Below the pieces are notes generated by a model. That model did no database searches and was not told where the DNA came from. It saw nothing but the letters and a program-made list of their open reading frames with translations. The position numbers and the translations under genes were made by a program. From Octopus bimaculoides (Eukaryota): a DNA stretch of 34,595 bases. The stretch is from positions 65,911,384 to 65,945,978 of the forward strand of contig NC_068991.1 of assembly GCF_001194135.2 (NCBI RefSeq). The letters are read 5' to 3'. Below, piece after piece: positions 20,760 to 31,779 of the stretch. How positions within the stretch are numbered: the stretch's first letter is position 1; every line of letters starts with the position of its first letter.

Positions 20760-21020
20760 CAAATAAAGATCGGTTAAATAAGAACCAGGCTTTAAAATAA
20801 CACTAGAGACAACATGATCGACTAAACCAGGCAAGGGCAAACGCTTTCGAGAAGCGGGCCACATGAAGCATAGTTCACCATCAGGTGGGCCGTACTGCTA
20901 AAACCTTTCAAGATAGTTTTTCGTTAGGCTGGTCATTCAGAAAGCTTCTCAAGCAACAGTTTGCCCATGACTGGACTAAACCATGCCCCAGAGTGGCTGC
21001 AGTCTAATGACTGAAATTAG
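20760..21020 (+). mobile_element. SINE family B 3' part, degenerate, interrupted by a hAT MITE
   Basis: aagatcggttaaataagaaccaggctt..tcgactaaac[hAT]..gtggctgcagtctaatgactgaaa. Confidence 0.6.
20828..20973. mobile_element. 146-bp hAT (Buster-type) MITE
   Basis: TIRs caggcaagggcaaac / gtttgcccatgactg. Perfect 8-bp TSD GACTAAAC (20820-20827 and 20974-20981). Confidence 0.88.
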
Positions 21021-22282
21021 TAAAAAACATAAATAAAATATTCAATGAAAGAATAAAGAAAAGTAGTGTGACTGTGTTTGTGAATAAGTTTTTGCATACA
21101 TTATAAATTTACATCTGTTTGTTTTCAAAAATATAAGCTGCAGTGACGATTCATCGTATTTGTGGTTAAGTTAAATTATAAATTTACATATTCAAATTAT
21201 AAATGCATTAAGCCACGCGATACAATTAAATTCTGTGGTTAAACTAGTTTCACAAGTCATTAGTCGTCAATTAGGTGAGTTTACTTCAATCTAATTACAT
21301 AATTGTTTAGTTTTCTTCATTTGTTCTACACGATCGATATATGTTTAAATTTACATGTGTATGTTTAATAAAATGCATTCAGCATCTGTGTGTGAATAGA
21401 CTTCGTTGTTAACGAAACTGCATTTCCTGAACGGAGTCGAGAAAAAAGCGCGACTAGCCTTCATTGACTCCGTATTGAGGGAACGTGATAAAGCGACACT
21501 GGGATGTCCTCTCCAGGTCTGTGTTAGGTTGTATGTATAGCGGAAAGCTAACAGATTACTCATACAGCAGGTCTTCCCTCTCCATGCTTCTGATTATGTC
21601 AAAACGAAGAACAAGGACTTTATGGAGCTTAAAAAATGTCTTAGGAATGCAACCTTTTGGTTTGTAGTCGTGTGAATCTCCCCACATTACTTGAATGACA
21701 TTAGTACAATTTTTATTAACCGAACCTGGAAGGATGAAGGACAAAGATGACTGCGGTGAGATTGAAACACAGAATGTAAGAGCCTGAACAATTACTACTT
21801 CCGGCAGAATTACTCCATCGATTTTGACACCTTCCGACAGAATCGCTGCATCTAGCGAGGCCGACCGAACAGCAATAATACTAACAGGAAACGTCTGGGT
21901 TCATTCTTTTGGAGGGGAAAAATAGCATGCTTTCCTCACTCTGTTATCCAGGAAGCTATAACACCAGGTACAATGCAGTTTCAAACACCCCCAGCCACAT
22001 AACAACCTTTTTCTTTATTACTTGCTGAGTATTTGATTTTCGCTCTCGACTGCTGTCTTTCTCTTACATGCATTTGCCATATCCACCATGAAACATTCTT
22101 TGCTTCCTTCTCCAATTCGCGAACCGCTGCTCTGAGATATCACTCCAGTCCAATATCTGTCACTTAAAATGTACATCTAGCAACAAACCTCTACCGTAAG
22201 TACCCTACACTACCATCCTTGTACAACACATGATTCCCAAACACCTCCACATTTTAGGCTATTTCTTTTATGTGTCCATTCC

Positions 22283-23450
22283 ATGTTGCCTCCCCAACAT
22301 ATCGTCGTCAACTCAACAATCATGGCTATTAAAAAACATCTTAAAAACACAAGCGCTTCATCTAAATCCACCGGTACTTTCCAGTCATTGGCACAGTTCA
22401 GAAATCTGGATCTTGGATTTCTTTTATATACATTCCCGGTATTATCCTTTCCGACTGTCTTTGTAAAAAACTACAAAGTGCGACCTGGTATAAATTCACA
22501 TTACAAGTCACTGTTGAATTACATTTTTTGTACATTTGTAAGGATAGTCAAAGCTTGGTGATGCTGTATGCGTATACTGTGTTGACTGTCTCCTCGCGAG
22601 AAGTCAGCGTGAGAATGTCATCCATATATCTGAAGAAACCTTAGGAATAGCAGGTGTTAAACGCATTGCGTTCTAGCTGATCTATAAAAGTGATGACTAG
22701 TAAACCCGATAGACTTGATCCCTATAAGTAGTCTTGGTAAAGGTTCTCGTGAAAAGGCGGTCAACATATATATCACGTTCAACAACATCGATGAATACAA
22801 ATCTCCGACAGTAGAAGTGGAAAATTCCATGTCACCCCTCTTCCCTTCTCTCTGTCCTCCGGCTCAAAATCAGAGGAAAGATTTATTAAAACTTACTGCC
22901 ATAGGAGGTCTGCCCACAGTCTTTTATACGTTCGATGAGGATTATTTCCACCAAAACAAGGGATACCTACGTATGGTATGAACGCTCCAGTATAAAAAAC
23001 AAGTGTAGCGATTTGAGGTATAGAACCAGCAACATGAAGCAGTTCAAAGAATTCTAACAGATAACGGCTATCCAGCACCTTTTGTAGCTTTTGTCAAACA
23101 CCAAATAATAAACCTCTGAAGAGAACACACGTTTCTAGTGGTAATACTTACTCTCTAAATATCATTTTGATGTTAGGAACATTGCCGCCATAAAGAACTG
23201 AATGTGCAGTTGGAATGCTCCAAATCTTTTCCATAAAGAACTGAATGTGCAGTTGGAATGCTCCAAATCTTTTCCATAAAGAAAATATCTGTCCTGGAAT
23301 TGGTCCCAATGTGTAACAATCCTTCGGCAATGTGTACATGGCGTTGCAGGCGTGCGTAATGTAACACAAGGCGTAGAATAAGTAAGATGAATCTTAACGT
23401 CAGGAGCACTATTCGTAAAGTACATATCCACATCAAAGAACAAATACAAA
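22283..23450 (+). mobile_element. Penelope-like element RT/thumb/(GIY-YIG) fossil with an internally inverted segment
   Basis: Plus strand STGTFQSLAQF..VKN..KSL; minus strand 22555-22740 GSSLSGLLVITFIDQLE..FFRYMDDILTL; plus strand FNNIDEYKSPTVEVEN, HRRSAHSLLY, RILTDNGYP, and a weak STIRKVHIHIKEQ. Confidence 0.72.
23188..23283 (+). repeat. Perfect 43-bp tandem duplication
   Basis: ccataaagaa recurs at 23188, 23231 and 23274; the first two 43-bp units are identical. Confidence 0.95.
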
Positions 23451-23659
23451 TGTTTCTTTCATTAAAATATAAAATGTCTTGAGAAATGTTATAAGTTTAT
23501 TACGACAGGCCATCAAGTCATGAAACCGGATATGGCAAATCTGAAGGTTGAGGAGAATATCCCTATTAATTGATTAATTAATTAATTAATCCATCCATCA
23601 ACAACAGACAAGAACTGAATGGCGCTAATTGGTTTCTATAACACTTACCAATCTGCTCA

Positions 23660-23882
23660 TGTGTTTAAGTGTGTGTAAGTGTGTGTGTGAGGGGTGTGTG
23701 TGTGTTTTGGGTGTATTGATATATCCCCAAAATGTGTATATGTGTGTGTGTGTAAATACATATGTAAATATTCATATATGTATAGGCATATGTATAAACA
23801 CATATACATATATATACATATACATATGCATCTACATACATATATAAGCGCGCGCGCACGAACACATAAACATGTATGTATG

Positions 23883-23945
<63 letters not shown>
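23660..23945. repeat. Compound GT/TA/ATGT microsatellite
   Basis: Directly visible. Confidence 0.95.
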
Positions 23946-23946
<1 letters not shown>

Positions 23947-24179
23947 CAAATATGCATAAATGCTAATAGACTAAATCAACACTCATGATTCTGGAACACT
24001 TTTAATTTGATGACACAATGGCATTTTGAAAATTACATAAATTATTTGCGCATTTCAAACCAAACAAATATAGAACGTTTAGGAAACTATTCCTTAACTT
24101 AATTTCATTGATTGATGTTTTTTGTTTTTGCCACCTTTCCAACGCTGAGACAAATATGTGTTTAATAGATTCGTTTCGT

Positions 24180-25203
24180 CCTCAGGGTTTTCGGAATGGT
24201 ATACAAGAAGCGGCTTAATCTTCTAGTCTCCACTCGCATAGGCACAAAGGGCCAGAGTTAGTCTATCTTTCATAGACTTGTGGCCTGGCATTTTCTTATC
24301 CTCTGCAGTTATGTAGGTTCTTCTGGGCATATTTTCCCCCAAAAAGGCCACTTTCATCACAGTTGAATACCTGTTGTGCGATGTACCACCCGGCTCCGAT
24401 GAGCTGACGGAATTCATGCACGAAATCTTCAGCTGCCTTCGTGTCAGAACTCGCTACTTCTCCATACCTGACAACGTTATGAACACCAGTTCTCTTCTTG
24501 AAATTATCAAACCAGCCGCGATTGGCCTTAAATGCGTCTACTGATGTCTCCTCCGTCAATGTTTCAGGGTTCTGCTTCAAGAGATCCCTATACTGCGTTC
24601 GTGCTTTATCGCAGATGATGGTTTCCGTAATCGTATCGCCTGCGAGTTGCTTCTCGTTGATCCACAATTTTCCCATCCTTTCGTGGACAGATGTGCGTTG
24701 CTTAGAGAGCCTGGAGACCCTCATTGCTGTAGTAACGGTCTTGATCTCGTTCTTTTTCTTCAGGATGGTGCAGATCGTCGACGTGCTTCGGTCGTATTGG
24801 CGTGCTATGTTCACTATACACACTCCTCTCTCGTGTTTATCAATGATTTCCTTCTTTAATTCTATCGCAATCAGCTTTTTCTATCTCTCGGCACTACTCT
24901 TTGCACTAATCTTCTTAGGACCCATGGCTAACACAACTAATTATTATAAAATAATAACAAAAAACGCACAAACTTAAGCAAAAACACCGGGGAAAACACA
25001 ACAGGGATGCTGTCTCAACGAGATAAACACGTGAACCGAGTGAGCGGAGACAGCGCCTTTTGTGCGAGCTGTGCGCCGACAAGTCGTCGCTTTTATGAAA
25101 CTCGCTCGTACTGCAGATTTTCGCTAGCACTTCAAGACAAAAATTTGCACGAGCCTCGGCTCGTACAGCAAATTACTCGTACAATGGTGCACTCGTACTG
25201 CTG
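24180..25203 (-). mobile_element. Tigger/pogo-family transposon, 5' end plus N-terminal half of a disrupted transposase
   Basis: ATG at 24925: MGPKK..KKLIAIELKKEIIDKHERG..IARQYDRSTSTICTILK (psq-type HTH); CENP-B-type HTH ..FKANRGWFDNFKKR; VFNCDESGLF (first D); MPRRTYI..KDRLTLAL..KIKPLLVYHSENP. TA|CAG end at about 25203 with repeated GTACGAG subterminal motifs. Confidence 0.9.
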
Positions 25204-25516
25204 TATACATACAGAATGGCCGCTNNNNNNNNNNNNNNNNNNNNNNNNNNNNNNNNNNNNNNNNNNNNNNNNNNNNNNNNNNNNNNNNNNNNNNNNNNNN
25301 NNNNNNNNNNNNNNNNNNNNNNNNNNNNNNNNNNNNNNNNNNNNNNNNNNNNNNNNNNNNNNNNNNNNNNNNNNNNNNNNNNNNNNNNNNNNNNNNNNNN
25401 NNNNNNNNNNNNNNNNNNNNNNNNNNNNNNNNNNNNNNNNNNNNNNNNNNNNNNNNNNNNNNNNNNNNNNNNNNNNNNNNNNNNNNNNNNNNNNNNNNNN
25501 NNNNNNNNNNNNNNNN

Positions 25517-25820
25517 GTTTATTGAGTGAAAACGCCTAAAGCTCCACGAGGCTCCGGCAGGGGATGGTGGCGAACCCTGCTGTACTCTTTCACCACAACT
25601 TTCTCTCACTCTTACTTCATGTTTCTGTTGTGCCTGTAATTCAAAGGGTCAGCCTTGTCACACTGTGTCACGCTGAATATCCCCGAGAACTACGTTAAGG
25701 GTACACGTGTCTGTGGAGTGCTCAGCCGCTTGCACGTTAATTTCACGAGCAGGCTGTTCCGTTGATCGGATCAACTGGAACCCTCGTCGTCGTAAGCGAC
25801 GGAGTGCCAACAACAACAAA
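25517..25820 (+). mobile_element. SINE family A' (alternative head), with (CAA)n tail
   Basis: Body from aaagggtcagccttgtcacac onward matches family A; the head differs and matches 7860-7915. Confidence 0.88.
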
Positions 25821-25993
25821 TTCCCCACATAGTGATGGGTGACAGGCGATTGACTGTAAATCAAATAGCCAATGCTATTAGCATATCTCAAGTGAGAGTT
25901 AAGAATATTCTGCCCAATGAACTTGACATGACGAAGGCTTTCTGCTCGGTGGGTGCCACGTCTTTTGACACCTGATCAATCGCGCACCAGACT
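25821..25993 (+). mobile_element. Mariner transposase fragment
   Basis: VMGDRRLTVNQIANAISIS..ILPNELDMTK/SARWVPRLLTPDQ..RTRL; contains the WVPHEL-type linker motif with one frameshift. Confidence 0.8.
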
Positions 25994-26574
25994 GGAAAGT
26001 CCAGCTCCAAGAAGTGGTCGCCAAAACAGGCTGAATATGCAATCAGCTGTGCCATCTCATCAGCGGTGTCGAAACAATTGCGACCAACCGTCTCATTTCG
26101 TACTTTGTGTGTATTCGCACGTGTATGTGTGTGTGTGTATATGAGAGAGAGAGATGGGGGGAGGGAATTCAAATTAGCATTTCTATTAAGCTACACACCT
26201 GTTCTGTTCCAATTTACAGGGAACAAATGTTTTCATGAGTAAAGTACACTTAGTATGTAAAAACAATATAACAGAATATGAAATAGAGAGAACAAGAGAG
26301 AGAGGAAGAGAGGGAGGGGAGAGAGAAGGAGAGAGGGTGAAAGGGGAGAAAGGGAGAGAGAGAAAGATGTACAATGGCTAAAACTAAAACAATAAAAATA
26401 ATAAAAATATTGTTTGGCATCAAAATGTCCCGATTTCTTTCAATTAGTCTTAGAATTGGTTGCGGCGAATTACATCATCTCACCACCATCATCATGATCA
26501 CCACCACCACCACCACCATCATCATAATCACCACCACCACCACCATCATCATCATCACCACTGCCATCATCATC

Positions 26575-27142
26575 GGATCTATTTTAAAACGGGGGCCACA
26601 TTTTTCATTAATGTTTTACGTAGTGTTTTTGGTACGGAAAGACTTTCAAACTTCGTATACTTATCTATTTTGTGTTATAGAACAGAAAAATATTTTTGTA
26701 TTCGAATTTATTTCATGTAAAAAATTGTCTTATTTCGATAATTTCAACCAATCACTGACAAGTATTCAATTGTTTACATTTACTCCTTTGGCTGATTAAG
26801 CGATGTAAAGCGTATTTAATCTCCATACCTTCGTTTTATTTGCTTTTTTCATTTTAAATTTGATTTAACCTTAACCCTAACCCTAGGGTTAGGGTTAGGG
26901 TTAATTGTTTCAGAATCATTTGTTTATGTAGTCGGCACTTAATGTATATCGGCTGAATGGACGTCAGTGATTGGTTGAAATTACAGAAATACGACAACTT
27001 TAACATGGAATAACTTAGGGATTTCTTTTTTTTTAAAGAAGACTAAGAGAAAAAGATGTTTTATATGACACATTCTACCAGTGTTCCAAGTTTCAAAGTG
27101 TTTCGTTAATGAAAAATGTGGCCCCCGTTTTAAAAAAGATCC
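26575..27142. mobile_element. MITE with about 35-bp TIRs and a central telomeric palindrome, inserted in a (CAY)n tract
   Basis: Left ggatctattttaaaacgggggccacatttttcattaa, right ttaatgaaaaatgtggcccccgttttaaaaaagatcc. Confidence 0.85.
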
Positions 27143-27559
27143 TCATCATCTTCATCATCGACATTATCACCACCATCCTCCCCCTCTTCCTCCTTCTTCT
27201 CATCATCATCATCACCTCGCTTCTTCCAGCTTCTTGTTCATCTTTCATGTTCTTCCTCTGGATGCTCTTACTTCTTTATACGAGTCAACAAGTCAATGTG
27301 GGCGGTCATTCACTCTGCTAGAAATAGGTGTCAAGTTTCCCTCAAATCACTCACTAACGTATGTTTTATAAAGGAATGACCCTTTGATCAATGCAATCTT
27401 GTGTCTGTATGTGTGTCTGTGTGTGTATGTGTAAGGGCAGGTTGGTCATGGCTCTAACTCCTGTGAGGGGTTTTCCCCATGAGGATTGAACTATACTGAA
27501 AGATCCTTTTTGTCTTTCTTCGTTGTCTCCTCTGCCTGCTTTTTACTTCTTCTACCACC

Positions 27560-27574
27560 ACCATTTCATTTTCT

Positions 27575-27607
<33 letters not shown>

Positions 27608-27865
27608 CCATCTTCTTCTTCCTCTTCTTCTCCATCTTCTTCTTCTTCTTCTTCTCCATCTTCTTCTTCTTCTTCTTCTTCTTTTTCTTCTCCTCCTTCT
27701 ACTGCTTTTTCTTCTTCGACTCCTCCTCCTCCTCCTCCTTCTTCTACTTCTTCTCCTTCTCCTTCTCCTTTTTACTTCTTCTTCTCCACCTCCTCCGTCT
27801 CTACTGCTTTTTCTTCTCCCCCTCTTTCTCCATCTACTGCTTTTTCTTCTTTTTCTTCTTCTTCT

Positions 27866-27927
<62 letters not shown>

Positions 27928-27990
27928 TTTGCTCCCTCCCCTCCTCCTGTTGCTCATCCCCTCCTTCTCCTTCCCCTTCTCTTCTTTTTC
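27560..27990. repeat. (CTT)n/(CCT)n/(CTA)n polypyrimidine-rich compound microsatellite
   Basis: Directly visible; source of the poly-L/F/Y/T pseudo-ORFs. Confidence 0.95.
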
Positions 27991-28423
27991 CTCCTCCTCC
28001 ACCAGCTAGAAACAACAGCCAAATCTTCTTCAAATCACACCTTACAATGTTCTTCATTCAGAACACGTCAAATAAAATGTAGTCCAGGATACACTATTCC
28101 TGAAGCAGAGATGATGGCGGGAGGATGACCTTTGATCATTAAATCTACTCGACCAGAGCTGCTAACAGGGCAGTTAAACAAGAACAACAGCGAAAAGAAG
28201 ACAAAACAACACGTGGACATTTTCACAGTTGTGCCGCATGTTAGAAACAGCAGTCAAATCTCTTTGAAATCACTCACTCCATCGTATTATAAAAAAAGTA
28301 TGTGGGGATGGGAGAGATGCACGTTAGATACTGTAGACCTATATAGTTCCCCCCGCCCCCCCAAATCTCCCCCAAAGCGGAATGGTCTTGGTAGGAATGT
28401 CTTTGATTACATGTCGGCTCGAT

Positions 28424-28720
28424 CAGGGGTTTTCAAACTGTGGTCCGCGGACCTCAGGGGGTCCGCAAGGACAAGACAGGGGGTCCGTGGACAGCAAATA
28501 CTTTTTTATGGGCAATTTGATTTTCTATATGTTTTTTAATCGAAATCTTTTAATTGACAATAAACCTATTTGTTAAATACTGTTAAATAAATAAATGTAA
28601 AAATATATGTTAGTTTTAAACAAATATTTATGTATAAATTTCATAAGCGTTTATAAGGGTCCCTAAGATAAAGCCTGAAATATAAAGGGGTCCGCAAGTC
28701 AAAAAGTTTGAAAACCGCTG
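28424..28720. mobile_element. hAT (Charlie/Buster-type) MITE
   Basis: TIRs caggggttttcaaac / gtttgaaaaccgctg; repeated ggggtccgc subterminal motifs; decayed TSD ggctcgat / gactaaat (5 of 8 match). Confidence 0.82.
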
Positions 28721-29299
28721 GACTAAATAACAATAACGGTACCACCAACATCACCATCACTTCCACCACCACTTCCACCAACAATACTGTCAACAGAAGC
28801 AGCACCACCACCGACACCACAAACACCAACATCAGCATCAACAACAGCTAAGAACAACATAAGGAAGCGAATGACACCGGAGACACGACCTCGTCATATA
28901 AATTAAGCCGGACTGGCTTTTGCTGTCATATTTAGTTATTGTTAATATGATTATTATTAGTAGTAGTAGTATCATTATATTTGTTTTGTTATACTATTTT
29001 CAGTTTCCTACACTTGTAAAACGTCGGTTGCCCGACCCAGAAATAAAAGACGAGGGAAAAAGACGGAGGGTTATGCAGGGCGATGAGGTGGGGGGGATGA
29101 AGGAAAGACGCAAATCATAAAACAAAACAAAAAAAATGAAGGAAAGCGACGGTTAAAAGTGGAAAGCTACCCGAGACGAGCCGTGTGTACGTGTGCGTGT
29201 GTGTGTTCTCTGCGTTTATGCATGCATGTATGAGAGAGAGGGAGAGAGAGAGTTTGGACAACTAGTGTGTGTGTGTGTGTGTGTGTGCTTGTGTTCTCC

Positions 29300-29700
29300 A
29301 TGTGTATTGTGTGAAAGAAGTTTCAGAAGAGCATGCGCGCGCGCTTGTATATGTGTGAGAGTTTCAATAAATTCCGTATGTGTGTGTATGTGTTATCTGT
29401 TTGGTTGTGTGTATGTGTGCATGTGCGAGAGTTTCAATAAATTTGGCGCGTGTGTGTTTGTGTGCTCTATATGTACGTGTGAAAGAAAAGCTTCAGAGGG
29501 CATGTGCGTACGTGTGTGTATGTGTGAGAGTTTCAATAAATTCCGTATGTGTGTGTGTGTGTGTGTTTGTGTTCTCTATGTGTACGTGTGAAAGAAGAGC
29601 TTCAGAGGGCATGTGCGTACGTGTGTGTATGTGTGGGTATATGTGCGTATGTGTAAGAGTAAGTTTCAATAAGTTTCGTGTGTGCGCGTGTGAGGTAAAG
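29300..29700 (+). repeat. Degenerate GT-embedded minisatellite with two recurring modules
   Basis: agtttcaataa occurs 4 times and gtgtgaaagaa..ttcaga 3 times, within a GT/GA-rich tract extending to about 30140. Confidence 0.8.
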
Positions 29701-30995
29701 AGAGCGTGAGTATTTTTTGTGGTGTTAGTGTGTATGTGCATGTGTGTGCGTGTGAGTGTTACTATGAGGCGTGCGTTAAGAGACAGGGGGAGGGAGAGAG
29801 TTTGTGTGGTGGGTGAGTGCGTGTGTAAAAGAGTTTGTGTGATGTGTGTGTATGAGGGAGAGAGCGAGAGAAAGAGAGAGTCAATGTGAAGTTGTATGTG
29901 TGTGTATAAGAGAGAAAGAAAGAGAGAGAGAGAGAGAGAAAGTTATTGTGTGGTTAGTGAGAGAGAGAGAAAAGAAAGTGAGAAAAGAGCGTATGTGTGA
30001 AAAAAAGTTAGTGTGAAGTGTTTATGTGTGTATGCGAAAGTGAGTTGATGTGAGTATGTGTGTGTGTAAGGGATAGAGAAAGAAAGAGTAAAAGAGAGTG
30101 TGGGTGTTACACCGCACTCCGTATGTGTGCGTGTGTGTGTCAGAGCTGCAAAACTTCATTCCACTCTGTCGCAACAACGATATGTGGTTGACAGATACGA
30201 GTAACGTGCTTTGTAGATTAAACGTGAAGATTTTTGCAATAAATTCATAGCAGTGTCAAATACAGTCTCACTTAACTTTACTATAATTATTGCAATTATT
30301 ATAATTATCATCATTTACCATCATATTTAAGATTTTCACGAATATTTATCACAAACTTACAGAGAAAGAAAAAACAAAAAAACAAAGGAGAAACAAAGAG
30401 AGATCATCAAATAGTCGAGATTACGTTAAAGTAATAAAGAAAAAAGGAAACTCTTTAAAAGAACATGAATATAAAATAATTTATGAAGGAAAAAAAACGA
30501 AATAAAACTTTAGGGAGCTTACAAACGATTGTAAAGAAAATTACACTTTGTTCCACAAAAGGACACAACAACAAAAATAATAATAATATTATTATTATCA
30601 TAATGGATTCTACAGTGAACCCTTAAATTGTTTGGAATTGAAATGAAGAACACTTTAAGGAGAGGTGATTTCTGAAGTGAATTTTATATATGTATATGTA
30701 TTACATGTATATATAACGAAATAAGTCTTTTAATGTTGCAGAATATGAGAGATTGTTGTTTCTGTCAAACGATAATCTAAAGAAAGCGACGAAGTCTGAA
30801 GTTTGGCGAGACAGCTTCAGAAAATAAAGTTTGGTTCGACAGCATCGTAGAATAAAGCTTGTGAGTGACCTGCTGAAAATATCAGCAGCGTCATTCCTTA
30901 CCAAAATTCTTGGACTCTGATTTGCTGTACAGCTTTCGTTGTTTTCTTCTTTTTTTATATATATTTCACACTTTTCCTTGCCCTGGACTTACACA

Positions 30996-31137
30996 ATGGA
31001 ATGTAAATATTTGGCTTTCTTGGTGCTAGCTGTCGTTGCTTATTTATGTATTGGAGCGGCTATCTTCCAGGAAATCGAAGAAGATGAAGAAATTAACGAA
31101 AGGACCAAAATTCGGAACGAAATCAAATATTTTACCG
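30996..31137 (+). CDS. First coding exon of a two-pore-domain potassium channel (K2P/KCNK family): TM1 and start of the extracellular cap helix
   Basis: MECKYLAFLVLAVVAYLCIGAAIFQEIEEDEEINERTKIRNEIKYFT. The YLxxGAxIFxxxE M1 signature is followed by a charged helix. Ends at a consensus phase-1 donor CCG|GTAAGT (31138). An in-frame TGA lies upstream at 30918-30920. Subfamily cannot be assigned from one exon. Confidence 0.85.
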
Positions 31138-31159
31138 GTAAGTGAGCAATAAATGTGAG

Positions 31160-31182
31160 CGCGTGTGTATGAGTGTTTACGT

Positions 31183-31229
<47 letters not shown>

Positions 31230-31727
31230 TGTGTGTGTGTGTGTGCGTGTGCCCGTGTGTGTGTTAGTAATAATGGTGTTGAATAGTGCCTTTTGTCACT
31301 TTAGTGATGTCTATATTTTTGCCTCTTGGTTGTAAACTTGTGAATAAGCCACCCATATTGTGTGTGTATGTATATATACATATATATATATACAGACACA
31401 TACACACACGCGTATACAAAAGTAGGTCTACATACATGAAAGCATGCACTCATAACAACCAACTTGCTACACACACAAAGCTCAGATTTGTATATTTAGT
31501 TATATTTAGTACCATTTTGTTTCACTGTAAGTTAAGTTTACATACATACACAAACGTGCATGCATACATACATACGTACAAGCATGCATGCATACATATA
31601 TACATACATACATACATACATACATACATACATACATACATACATTAAACATACAAGCATAAATACATACACGAACTGACTTCAATTTGTAAAAAATAAA
31701 GCACACACATATATATGATATATAGAC

Positions 31728-31779
<52 letters not shown>

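Noticed and set aside
21385-21860. Long semi-open frames, possibly the Penelope N-terminus (also MIKRHWDVL)
   Set aside because: No motif strong enough to assign. Needs a tBLASTx against Penelope consensuses.
22715-22981. ORF whose end (FYTFDEDYFHQNKG) mimics Penelope RT motif B
   Set aside because: An alternative frame (HRRSAHSLLY) is colinear with the flanking thumb motifs, so the motif-B resemblance is probably coincidental.
23188-23283. CRISPR-like repeat
   Set aside because: Units are contiguous with no spacers, in a eukaryotic context with no cas genes. The same applies to the 72-bp, 17-bp and 16-bp repeats.
26865-26904. Chromosome end-to-end fusion scar
   Set aside because: A fusion gives (TTAGGG)n-(CCCTAA)n. 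The orientation here is the reverse, and the array is internal to a TIR element.
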